The notes beneath the pieces are model-generated. The model made no database searches, was not told the origin of the DNA, and saw nothing but the letters and a program-made list of their open reading frames with translations. From Chrysochromulina tobinii (Eukaryota): 38,089 nt of DNA. Numbering within the stretch: the stretch's first letter is position 1; each line of letters starts with the position of its first letter. This document shows, in pieces, positions 12,601 to 22,589 of the stretch. The stretch spans positions 1 to 38,089 of the forward strand of contig JWZX01002616.1 of the NCBI GenBank assembly GCA_001275005.1, read 5' to 3'. The position numbers and the translations under genes were made by a program.

Positions 12601-12705
12601 TCGCTGGCCCTTTGTCAGGGTTCGTCAGCAGTGAAGAAGGTGATGGAGCGCGTGCACGAGGAGAACATGATCCGCAGCCTGTTCAAGGCCGGCGAGCTGC
12701 CCTGA
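1993..12705 (+). CDS. Large multi-exon coiled-coil protein (~1,760 aa), tentatively TSNAXIP1-like with a C-terminal EF-hand-like region
   Basis: Manual phase-consistent splice model, exons 1993-3198, 3726-3812, 4085-4221, 4359-4623, 4872-4994, 5213-5290, 5403-5462, 5578-5652, 5862-6029, 6148-6227, 6419-6485, 6552-6908 (or -6896), 7078-7204, 7293-7456, 7611-7721, 7949-8221, 8675-8796, 9030-9454, 9620-9756, 9869-9965, 10041-10129, 10309-10370, 10538-10697, 11220-11417, 11716-11844, 11979-12380, 12619-12705 (TGA). Segments PNAFRCAVACDAFERV..FEGVLGLVWREI, LVAALYQVKTDMD..FASFVPDQFVQLYGK and FDVFADMLEAAAPQLTEPEMQALY resemble TSNAXIP1-type proteins by eye. Gene existence is solid; the family call and start codon are tentative. 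Confidence 0.65.
2462..3121 (+). repeat. In-frame coding tandem repeats in exon 1
   Basis: 21-bp NQERS(L/F)V x3, 21-bp GSGAVGK x3-4, 48-bp GPRTHPNPLEDRAVLG x4, 39-bp PRQANSPSTAP unit x2, poly-Gly; all unit lengths are multiples of 3. Confidence 0.9.
3215..3705 (+). repeat. Intronic decamer satellite (GATGACCTCT)n plus 20-mer (GATGCCCCCTGGTGACCTCG)n; representative of the many intronic satellites in the window
   Basis: Seen directly. Related units elsewhere: GATGGCCACT (4785-4848), GATTGCACTT (6917-6960), GATTGCATGCT (9505-9577), GATGAGCACT (21140-21268); reverse-complement forms occur in the minus-strand gene (23810-23995, 27735-27782). Confidence 0.95.
3795..4075 (+). repeat. ~98-bp tandem repeat x3 comprising exon 3' end + GT donor + intron start
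   Basis: catcggagccaccag|gtgagatggcgcttgatg... repeated three times. Confidence 0.9.
6515..6551 (+). mobile_element. 3' splice-site cassette family B (introner-like), representative copy; ~19-20 copies in the window
   Basis: GCATGCA(A/C/T)GTGCTCA(C/T)CACGGCGC-pyrimidine tract-CC(A/G)CAG. Plus-strand copies end at 6551, 7077, 7292, 15969, 16034, 21456, 21500, 22045, 30305, 34680; minus-strand copies end at 22806, 22901, 22997, 24677, 24921, 25502, 26786, 27502, 27644 (degenerate copy ~28010). Always sense to the host gene. Mobility is inferred. Confidence 0.7.
10666..11040 (+). repeat. ~54-bp tandem array: exon end + donor, with six intronic copies
   Basis: gatccaattaccggcgttcgtgtacatccag|gtgtg..gattgcctctgattgc repeated; the last two copies have cat|gt and tag|gt. 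Confidence 0.9.
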
Positions 12706-12814
12706 GCTCGGTCTGAGCTCGGTCTGAGCTCGGTCTGAGCTCGGTCTGAGCTCGGTCTGAGCTCGGTCTGAGCTCGGTCTGAGCTCGGTCTGAGCTCGGT
12801 CTGAGCTCGGTCTG
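12702..12814 (+). repeat. 11-bp tandem repeat (CTGAGCTCGGT)n starting at the stop codon (3' UTR)
   Basis: About 10 perfect copies seen directly. Confidence 0.95.
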
Positions 12815-13210
12815 ATGGCAGACAACAAGGAGACTAACATGAGCGCACACTCGGCGGACCGGTACGTGGATCTGCTCTGATGGCTGTGAACGATGGTCTG
12901 TGAACTGATATGTACGCGATGGGCGGGCCGATGCGCCGAGCAGGCATGGGTACGGTACGTTGCGAGGGTCACGCGGACGCGCCGCCGTCGGGGGGGACCC
13001 GGAGTGGGTGTACTTCGTGTGTTTGTCTAAGTATCTCGAGCGTCGATGTATGATTAGGCGCAATGGACCCCGCGGGGCTGTATTGTATAGCGGCCACGGG
13101 CCGGTCGACTGCGAAAAAAACAGCTCTCAAGACCGCTGGCGCCCGAGTGTGAACAGCCATCTCACTGACCCTTTTTCGGTCGGAAAACTTCACGCGTTTC
13201 TGTCGAATGC

Positions 13211-14965
13211 ATGGGTTGCGACAACAGCAAGATGGAGGCACGGGACTCTGAGCGCGATCCTCGCTGGGACGTAGAGGGTTTCAGTCGATGGGCAGAGGCT
13301 TGCCAACTGGCGTGGGTTCGTGTCGGATATCTTCGCGAACTGAATGAGCTCGGCAAGCCAATCCCATATCAGCAGCTCGCGCCGAGAGGTTCGCTGTGGA
13401 TCGGCGTTCCGCCGCCAGACGTACAGCTCTACGCAATCAGCCCGTACACCTGGCTTGGTGAGAAGGGACCTCGGGAGGAGTGGTCGCGTCCGCCCACAGA
13501 CAACGAGCAGATGCACAGTGATCCCGATGGCTTCCTTCTCCAGCATATGGTTGAGTACCTCAATCAGGATGGCGCCTTGGACGACGATCTCGCTCTCATG
13601 CTCCACATCTCCGCCATGTGCTTTGCACCGACAAAGCGCGAGGTCGCGCTGTGGGATGCATACATGGAAGGCAGCATGTACATCAACACCCATTATCGTA
13701 TCAAGTGTGTGCCCGTGTGTGAGGTGCCTGAGACGTTCTCAGGCGAGCCCGTGCTGGAGCGGATGTGGGGAATCCACGAGTTCTTCCTCTCAGCGTACTG
13801 CCAACGCATCGTCAACCCGACGGCGCCGCTCATCAAGCCCAATCTCACCCCGGAAAAGCTGCGTGGTGCGCACGAGCTGCTGAAGTCGGCACCTTGCACG
13901 AGTGAACCCGAACGCGAGCGAGTCCTGCGTCTTCGCCGCCAAGCCTTCAGCAGCATGCTCCCAGCGCGCGAGGACGCTGTCGGGTTTCAGAAGGTGTGCG
14001 AGCAGTCTGGATTTCGATGGGTCTTCGTCCGGTTCGTTCAGGAGCTTGCTGCCCGCGGTGGGCCTGCTCCACGCTGCCAGGATCTGCCATATGGCACATA
14101 CGTCGAAGGGCGTGTTCCAGAGGGGGTGCGGCATTACGTGGTCAGCCACGGCTGGGCGGCGCATCTGCACTTTGACCCGAGCGGCTCCAAGATTCACTTG
14201 CTCGCTGCGACCCTCGGCCGTATGGGTGCTGCGCGGGACGATGTCGTCTTCATTGACTACATGTCCCTAACGCAGGCGGGCGGCTGGGTGCCGAAGGCAT
14301 ACCTCCGATTCAACCCAGGCGCGCAACGGCATGTTGAGAAGGAGGCCGACGGCAGCGTCAAAAAGGAGGCCGACGGCAGCGTCCTCCTCAGTGGGCGCAC
14401 CGAGGCGCAGGAGCGCCGCTTCCGTTTCGCCCTCTTCGAGACGACACGCCTATACGCGTTCCGACCTGCCCATGGGCCGAATGTGATCATCCTGCCCGAC
14501 CTGGCGCCGCCAGAGAGCTTTCCCGAGCCTGGCGAGATCACGCGGGAATGGAACACTGTGTGCCAGCCGCCTCGAGAGGAGCAAAAGTCCGCCTGGGGCT
14601 TCTCCAAGTCGATCAAGTACGAGAATGCAGGCTGGCCGTGTGCCGAGTACGCGGTGTCGCGCATGAACAAGAACATCGCCAACAGCGAAGACGAGCCGGT
14701 GAGAAGAGTGGAAGCTGCTTGCGTGCTGATTGCATCCCTCATCAGGTGAGAAGAGTAAAAGCTGCTTGCAAGCTGATGGCATGCTGATTGCATCCCTCAT
14801 CAGGTGAGAAGAGTGGAAGCTGCTCGTTCGTGGCCCGAAGACGTCGACGCGTATGCACGCCTGATGGACGAGGATGCCGTCGAGCCCGTTGCCTTCACGA
14901 AGAAGGGCGACCGGGAGGCAGTGCGCTTCAACTTTTACAAGTACTCTTACAGCGTGTTGGAGTGA
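13211..14965 (+). CDS. N-acylated (MGCxxS) protein with two tandem HET-like domains (~549 aa)
   Basis: Exons 13211-14698 and 14804-14965. Second domain: PRCQDLP..YVVSHGW..HFDPSG..VFIDYMSLTQ..GWPCAE..FTKKGDREAV. First domain is a degenerate copy: PYQQLAP..YAISPYTW..HSDPDG..RMWGIHE. The SxxW/HxDPxG/FxD/WxxxE pattern matches HET-like domains of algae by eye. Confidence 0.65.
14786..14803 (+). mobile_element. 3' splice-site cassette family A (GATTGC[C/G/A]TCCCTCATCAG), representative copy; over 20 copies in the window
   Basis: Near-identical 18-mer ends introns or decoy acceptors at e.g. 3453, 4084, 10240, 10308, 14745, 14803, 16198, 16273, 17160, 17444, 17513, 17773, 35138, 35223, 35311, 35396, 35642, 36700 (+) and 23235, 24153, 27216, 27306, 30970 (-). 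Mobility is inferred. Confidence 0.65.
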
Positions 14966-15139
14966 TCGACGGTACAGTACGTGCTTTCATGGCCTGAAGG
15001 GTAGGCGTGGGCGTTCTTGTGGGTCTCGAGGTCTCGAGGTATCTTCCTTGTAGGTGTGAATCGAGTGTGAAACGAGTGTGAATGCTCTTTTGCGGAATTC
15101 CATATGAAGGTTCATAGGACGCTGAATTTCCAGATTTTA

Positions 15140-18100
15140 ATGGCGCCACGCTACCGCCGACCTTCTCCTGTGGAGGAGGAAACGGAAGCGTTTTCATGGG
15201 AGCCCGTCATGGTGTGCATCTTGTTCATCGTAGTCAGTCTCATGTTTTGCAGCATTCCTTTGGGCCGTGACGCTGACGCCGACGCCGATCGCAACAGCCA
15301 AGGTCCGGTTTGCCAATGCGGTCCCGTGCTTTGCACGTCGAATCGTACGCAGCCAGGCTGCGCGCCGCCCGCGTACGATCTGACCTGCTCCGCGGAGGCG
15401 CCTCGACGGCACGTGTGGCATCCAGCGAGCGCGCGCTTCAACGGCACGATGGCGAGCGCGCTGCGCGCCTCTGGGTTCGACCCCGAGCAGCAGCGACTCG
15501 TGATCATCGTCGGCGTGGGGCATTCGGGCACCTCGACCGTCGCGTGTGAGCTGAGCGGCGCAAGCGACCTCGCACGGACTTCTCGCGAGGGTGGCTCTGG
15601 CTCTGGTTCTGGCTCAGGCTCGCCATTGGTGGGTTCGGGTGGCACGCCATTGGTGGGTTCTGGCTCAGGCTCGCCATTGGTGGGTTCTGGCTCAGGCTCG
15701 CCATTAGTGGGTTCGGGTGGCTCGCCATTGGTGGGTTCGGGTGGCAAGCCAGAACCGGAGCAGCTGCTCGGCGACCCAAGTCCAGTCAAGTCAAGTCAAG
15801 TCGACCCAAAGCTCGCGCTCCCCAAGCTGAGACGGCCTTCGAAGCCGTTCACGGCCATTGTCGCCCATAAAAGGAAGAGTCTGGGGAGGCAGAAAGCACA
15901 TCAGGTGCGCGGGTACCTGGGCACTGCTTGCATGCAAGTGCTCATCACGGCGCCATCACCTCCCCACAGGTGCGCGGGTACCTGGGCACTGCTTGCATGC
16001 AAGTGCTCCTCACGGCGCCATTACCTCCCCACAGGTGCGCGGGTACCTGACGGAGAACACGTGTGAGGATGAGCGCGTCGTGCGCCTCAACGAGGACATC
16101 TGCGACGCGATGGGCTTGCCTTGGTGCGCTCCCGTTCGTCGTCGGAAGGCAGAGCTGATTGCATGCTGATATTGCATGCTGATTGCATCCCTCATCAGGT
16201 GCGCTCCCGTTCGTCGTCGGAAGGCAGAGCTGATTGCATGCTGATATTGCATGCTGATTGCATCCCTCATCAGGTGCGCTCCCGTTCGTCGTCGGAAGGC
16301 AGAGCTGAAGCAGGTGTGTGTGCCTCTGAGGGCTGCTGAGGGCCGCTGAGGGCCTCTGATTACATCCCTCATCACGAATTGTCTCCTGAGGCAGGTGGAT
16401 CTGATTACATCCCTCATCACGAATTGGCTCCTGGTGGATCTGATGACATCCCTCATCACGAATTGTCTCCTGAGGCAGGTGGACGGCCAGAAGGTATGGG
16501 TGGTCAAGGACGTGAAGCTTGAGCCGATGTGCGCAGGCGAGGGGCAACAACGTGATGAGAGCCCTGATGACTTGAGTCGCTCCAACCAAGCGCCGTACCG
16601 GGCGTCACGCGGTCAGCCAGTGGGGCCCTTGCCTGCCCCTCGCCTTCGGGACGCTCGGGACGGCGCTCTGCAACAGGCAGGCGACGCTCGGGACGGCGCC
16701 CAGCGACGCCGACAGAGGGTTTCCCGCTTAGTAACGTCTCCTCGGATGCGCAACCTCATTAGGTGATTGCCACTCATGGCCTGCCTGATTGCTCCCGCTT
16801 AGTAACGTCGCCTCGGATGCGCAACCTCATTAGGTGACTTCCACTAATGGCCTGCCTGATTGCTCCCGCTTAGTGACGTCTCCTCGGATGCGCAACCTCA
16901 TTAGGTGATTGCCAATAATGGCCTGCCTGATTGCTCCCGCATAGTGACGTCTCCTCGGATGCGCAACCTCATTAGGTAGCCCCATGTCGCCCTCATTGCC
17001 ACTGATTGCCACTAATGGCCTGCTTGATTGCCCCTTCATCAGGTCGCTCAGCTGGACCTGAGCTCGAAGATGACCTCGGATGATGACCTCTGATTGCCTC
17101 CATCATCAGGTCGCTCAGCATCTGCCGCGAGTGATGACCTCTGATTGCCTCCCTCATCAGGTCGCTCAGCATCTGCCGCGAGGGGAAGTACGCCAGGGGG
17201 AGGGCCACCACCGGTGTGCACCGCCACTACTTACGTCTGATTGCCTCTCTGATTGCGTCCTTCCTTCAGAAGTCTGCCGGTTGAAGGACAAGGGGGGAAT
17301 GATACTGGAGGTGTGAATAGTCTGCCGGGGCGAAGGCCACGGGTGTGAATAATGGAGGTGTGAATAGTCTGCCGGGGCGAAGGCCACGGGTGTGCACCGC
17401 CCCTACTTGCGTCTGATGCCCTCTCTGATTGCGTCCCTCATCAGGTACGAGACGCTCTGCAATGGACTGGAGGGGCGATACCAAGGGTGAGTTCTGATTG
17501 CGTCCCTCATCAGGTACGAGACGCTCTGCAATGGACTGGAGGGGCGATACCAAGGGTGAGTTCTGATTGCGTCCCTCATTCGGTGATTGCCTCTCTGATT
17601 GCGAGACCAAGGGTGATTTCTGATTGCGTCCCTCATTAGGTGATTGCCTCTCTGATTGCGATACGAAGGGTGAGTTCTGATGCACTCCATGATAGCCTCT
17701 GGTTGCCTCTGGTTGCCTCTATCTGATTGCGTCCCTCATCAGGTGGCCTCTCTCTGATTGCGTCCCTCATCAGGTGAGCGTGGGCGTCAAAGGCTGGAGG
17801 AGGCGACGGCTCGGTTCCAGGTGCCTACTATTGATTGCTATTGATTGCTATTGATTGCTATTGATTGCTATGGATTGCTCTTGATGGCTCTTGATTGCTC
17901 TTGACTGCTCTTGATTGCTCTCGATTGCTCTTGACGAAGCTACGGCTCGGTAGCAGGAGTATCAGCGCTGCCAGCGAGCGAGCCAAAAAGGTGGGCCGTT
18001 GCCACCGAGCTGCGTCAAGCGGCAGTGCCAACGCGTGGTGTGGAAGGTGAGTGTACTTGATTGCCTCTGATGGCCCACTGAGTGCACTTGATTGCCGATT

Positions 18101-18889
18101 GGATGGCCCACTGATTACACTTGATTGCCAATTGGATGGCCCACTGATTGCACTTGATTGCCAATCGGATGGCCCACTGAGTGCACTTGATTGCCAATTG
18201 GATGGCCCACTGAGTGCACTTGATTGCCAATTGGATGGCCCACTGATTGCACTTGATTGCCAATTGGATGGCCCACTGATTGCACTTGATTGCCAATTGG
18301 ATGGCCCACTGATTGCCGATGATGACATGCCTTGCATGCTGATTGCCGTCAGGATCCGCGGTTCGTGTGGATTGCATGCTGATTGCATGCTGATTGCCTC
18401 GGTCATCAGGATCCGCGGTTCGTGTGGACGCTCCATCACTGGGCACCGGCCTTGACGAAACTCGCATCCGTGCCGACGCCGCTGCTCATCCACGTGCGAC
18501 GCGACCTGTCGGACGTGGCGACGTCCTACCGACGCCGGAACGAGACGTGCTTCCAGGTGCTTGCCCCTGATGGTCTCTGATTGCATCTGATTGCTTCTGA
18601 TGGCCTCTGATGGTCTCTGATTGCTTCTGATAGCCTCTGATGGTCTCTGATTGCTTCTGATGGCCTCTGATGGTCCCGAAATGACGGCCTCTAATTGCCT
18701 CTAATGGCCTCTAATGGCCTCTAATTGCCTCTAATTGCCTCTAATTTCCAGGATGGGAGCTCGCCAGAACGAGCCATCGCCGCACGTTCCGACTGGGCGC
18801 TCTGGCAGCTGCGCCAGTGGTGTGGGCCGTCGATCTCAATCGATATCTCGTCGCTGGGGATCGCTCGTCGAGCGAACCACTTAGTCTAA
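15140..18889 (+). CDS. Type II membrane sulfotransferase-family (P-loop, PAPS-binding) protein
   Basis: TM segment VMVCILFIVVSLMFC; PSB loop IIVGVGHSGTS; E..VVRLNEDI..GLPW; VVWK|DPRFVWTLHHW; IHVRRDLSDVATSYRRR. Exons 15140-15904, 16035-16123, 16274-16313, 16479-16762, 17161-17213, 17445-17486 (or the identical 17514-17555), 17774-17820, 17957-18046, 18410-18556, 18752-18889; phases are consistent. Confidence 0.75.
18058..18315 (+). repeat. 33-bp intronic minisatellite, ~7 copies
   Basis: ttgattgccaattggatggcccactga(t/g)tgcac repeated. Confidence 0.9.
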
Positions 18890-19266
18890 TCACGCTTAGA
18901 CCATAGACCATTAGTCTAGTCCAAACACATCGCAACTCCACATCAAGAGGAGAGGATACTGGATAGTCCAGTCAAACTCGTCCACGTGGTAGAGCGTGCT
19001 CGCTCCTGGGCGCGTTGATGTTACGACCCGCTTCCGCACGCTTCAGCAAGTAAGTGTAAGAGTCTCGTTCGAGCTGGGATGGACTTTGTTTGTCGTTGGA
19101 GTTCAACACAACGCGCTTGCACTCTGGACCCTCATGCGACAGAGCTCGCGACGACGCGCTTTGATCGCGTCGAGTCTCTCAACACTCCTCCCCGTTTTCC
19201 CCACAGGGCGACGGCGTGTGTGCACCCATTCACAATGAGAAGGAGGGGCTGGTCTCTAAGGACAAC

Positions 19267-19789
19267 ATGTTGGGCACCCTCGTGGCGTCCTTGCGACGTG
19301 CGCCTCCCCTGCTGCACGCGTGGCCTCGTGCGCTCAGCCTCTTGTCGCAGCAGCGCGCGTATGTGAGCGTCACCCAAGCACGCATGAAGATCTTTGGATG
19401 GTGGGAGCCGGAGGGGGCCGCATCCACGCCCTTCAACGGTCTCAATCGCCTACGCCGTCGCGGCTGGATCGGCGAAAAGGTGCGCTTCGACCTGGACGCA
19501 CGCGCGCGCGCGCCCGGGCCGGGATAGCCTTCCTATGGTTGAGGCTAGGAGCACGCTTCAGTCGTCCCGGCTCACCCACTCGCGAGTGCTCTCGCCGCGT
19601 GCTCTCGTCGCGTGCTCTCGTTGCGTGCAGGTGGCGAGCTACTACCCGAAGCCAGATCCGATCATGAAACATCCGCTCGTGCGACAGCACCTCCATGAGG
19701 AATGGTTCGAGGAGAAGGAGGCGAGGCGAAAGCTGGGCAAGGGGCCGCCGAAGAAGGGTCAGGGCAAACGGGCGTCACGAAAGAAGTAG
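19267..19789 (+). CDS. MRPS33: Mitochondrial ribosomal protein mS33 (MRP-S33 / yeast Rsm27 family)
   Basis: Exons 19267-19479 and 19631-19789. Arg-rich presequence, RMKIFG, G...LRR..IGEK|VASYYP, and C-terminal RRKLGKGPPKKGQGKR typical of mS33. Confidence 0.85.
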
Positions 19790-20511
19790 TGCAGCAATGT
19801 GATATGTGAACCTCTCAACCTGCCGCCTGGGGTCCCACTGCTCCGTAGCGGCTGTATCTCGTGGCCTCGCGTCCACTCGAGTAGACTCTTTCGATTCATC
19901 TCGAAGTCTAACACACAACACAGAGGAGACCGAGACCCTGCACCCTCCTCTGAGGCACGAGCCAGGAGCCACCGCCCTGCGCTGTCCGGATCAACAGCGG
20001 GCGCGTACAGGTTCTCGGCGCGACGCGGCTCATAGACCCCGCTCTGCTCTGGTCTCTGGCGGCTCCTGCCGACGAGTTCAGCACATATAGTTTTTCCGTC
20101 GTGGCGCCCCCGCCCAGAGATACAATTCTAGAAGTGGCGGACCGCGGACGGATGCCTCGCGGGCTTGCAAGGCGACGGCTCGCGCGTAAAGGCCGATTTT
20201 GGTGGAAGACTACTAGCGAATCTGGTACATCGCGGTGCGCACTTCGAAGCGCCTTCTTGGGCGCGTGGACGCCCAACAGCATTTGGGGGAAGCGGGGCAC
20301 CAGTCTGGCGCAGATGCTCGACTGGCGTTCTCTCTTCCCCCAAGCTCCGCCGATTAACGGCCTGTGTTAATACGGGTGTTGTGTTAGCACGGGCTGTGTC
20401 GGCCACACCTCCGTCCATAGTGATAGTGGCTCTCGTGCTTGGGGGTCCGGAGTGTGTGCGCGCGTTGTGTTGAACAGCAGCAGCAGCCCAACAGCACGCT
20501 CTTTCCGTGAG

Positions 20512-22174
20512 ATGAGGGTGCTCGCAACATGCATCGTGCTCGCGCTCATGCCGAGCCGGTCCATGGCGGCAATTGCCGAGCCGGTGCAGCAATGCCGAGA
20601 GGCGGACGCTGAGGCAAGTACGACGGTCGCTTCGGCACTGCAGCCCGGCTTGACGTTCATGTGGACGACGCCCGTCTTGCGGCTGTCGATGCTTGAAGCG
20701 GATGCGGAACCACTGCTCGAGCTCGCGGAGCGCATCGCGCGCTCATTTGGCGACTTCTCGTCGAGATGCGTGACACGGCGCGGCGAGACCGCCAACGATG
20801 CCTTCTTCGCCGAGCAGCACAGCGCATGGGAGAAGGATGATGACAGGTTCCTCGCGGCGTTCGATGGAGGCACCGGCCTGCTACTCCATCAGCTACGAGC
20901 AGCGTGGGTGAAGAACATTGAAGCGTACGTGTCCGGATCGGTGGGCGAGGAGGCGGCGGCTGCGCTCTTCGGAGGCGCCGACACCCTCCCTCTCTTCATC
21001 TGGGCATCGGTGCACCAGGGCTGCAGGTGAGCGCTACTGAGTTCACGTTCACGTTGATTGGCCACGAGTGCCACTGAGTGCCACGGATGGCCACTGATGG
21101 CCGCTGATGGCCACTGATGGCCACTGATGAGCTTGGTCTCGATGAGCACTGATGAGCACTGATGAGCACTGATAAGCCCTGATGATCTCTGATGAGCACT
21201 GATGAGCCCTGATGAGCACTGATGAGCACTGATGAGCGCTGATGAGCACTGATGAGCACTGATGAGCTAGGCTCCTGCCCCTTCATGCAGCACGCACACG
21301 GCGCACGTGCACGAGAACTCGGCCGTCTCGGGCGTCTTCTACGTCCGCGTGCCGGCACGATCTGGCGCGATCTCGTTCGAGGTGGGCCCTTTTCAACTCA
21401 GCTCAGTTCACCAGCACGCGCGTGCTCACCAAGGCGCCCGCATCCATTCCCCACAGGACCCTCGCGTGCTCACCACGGCACCCGCATCCCTTCCCCACAG
21501 GACCCTCGGGGCACCCGTCCGCCCTTTGCACGCAATCGGCTGCACCACGACCCGATAGCCGGGGAGCTGCTTCTCTTCCCGCCATGGCTCGTTCATGGGG
21601 TCACCCCGAGCTGTGAACTGGCCCCGGTGAGAGTCGTTGATTGCCACTGATGACCGTTGATGACCATGGATGGCCACTGATGGCCAAGTCAAGTCAAGTC
21701 AAAGTCAAGACTAGACTTGATTTTGACTGGCCATGGACGACCTCTCTGACTTGACTTGACTTGATTGACTCTTGACTTGACTTGACTTGACTTGACTCTT
21801 GACTTGACTTGACTTGACTTGACTTGACTTGACTTGACTTGACTTGACTTGACTCTTGACTTGACTTGACTTGACTTGACTTGACTTGACTTGACTCTTG
21901 ACTTGACTTGACTTGACTCTTGGATGGCCCTAGATGGTATCTCTGACCAAACTCTGCCATCGGACGCCGCAGGGCGAGATGCGCATCTCTGAAGAGATGC
22001 CATGCATGCATGTGCTCACCACGGCGCCCTTCCCCTACCCCGCAGGGCGAGATGCGCATCTCTCTCTCATTCAACGTGGTCGCGCGCGACAAGGGAGGCA
22101 AGGGCGCCGTCCCGGGCGCGACCGATTGGGAGTTGCTCGCGGACAGCTCGTTCCTTGCCGACGGAAGCGGCTGA
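20512..22174 (+). CDS. 2OG-Fe(II) oxygenase, TIGR02466 / 2OG-FeII_Oxy_5 type, with signal peptide
   Basis: Exons 20512-21026, 21291-21381, 21501-21626, 22046-22174. Motifs WASVH..HTAHVHENSAVSGVFYV, FE|DPR, GELLLFPPWLVHGV, RISLSFN. Confidence 0.88.
21684..21920 (+). repeat. Intronic pentamer microsatellite (GACTT)n preceded by a short inverted (AAGTC)n arm
   Basis: Seen directly. Confidence 0.95.
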
Positions 22175-22589
22175 GTGACAGTCAGTCACAGTCAGTGAGT
22201 CAGTCACGAGTCAGCAGGTGAGACTCAGACTGCGAGTGAATGCTATAATTTACCACAGGGTGACTTTCGCCCTTAGCGTTCGCGAACGAGGCACCTCACT
22301 CCTAAGTCTGACCTCAACACGCACCACGCGAAAGCCCTGTGCAAAAAGCGTTTCCACTAGTAACGACGCTAAAAACGAGTAACGCGGTTTATACTAAATT
22401 ATACTAAAACTACGCCCCGCCGTGTGCGTTCTGCGTGCTCTGCGTGCGCCCTTTCCGCGCTAGTGAGTCGTGTCAAAGTGTGTAAATATGTATGTTGTCC
22501 GTTTCCGCGTTAATTTCACTCATGGCGACTGGGTCATGCCGTGGTGCGTGAAGCCGCGTACTACAGTAAACAGAACCGTTACGCGAGCT

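Noticed and set aside
12702..12814. 11-mer array as telomeric or coding (RPSSDRAQTEL) sequence
   Set aside because: Not a telomere motif I recognise; it lies in the 3' UTR and the ORFs are antisense artefacts.
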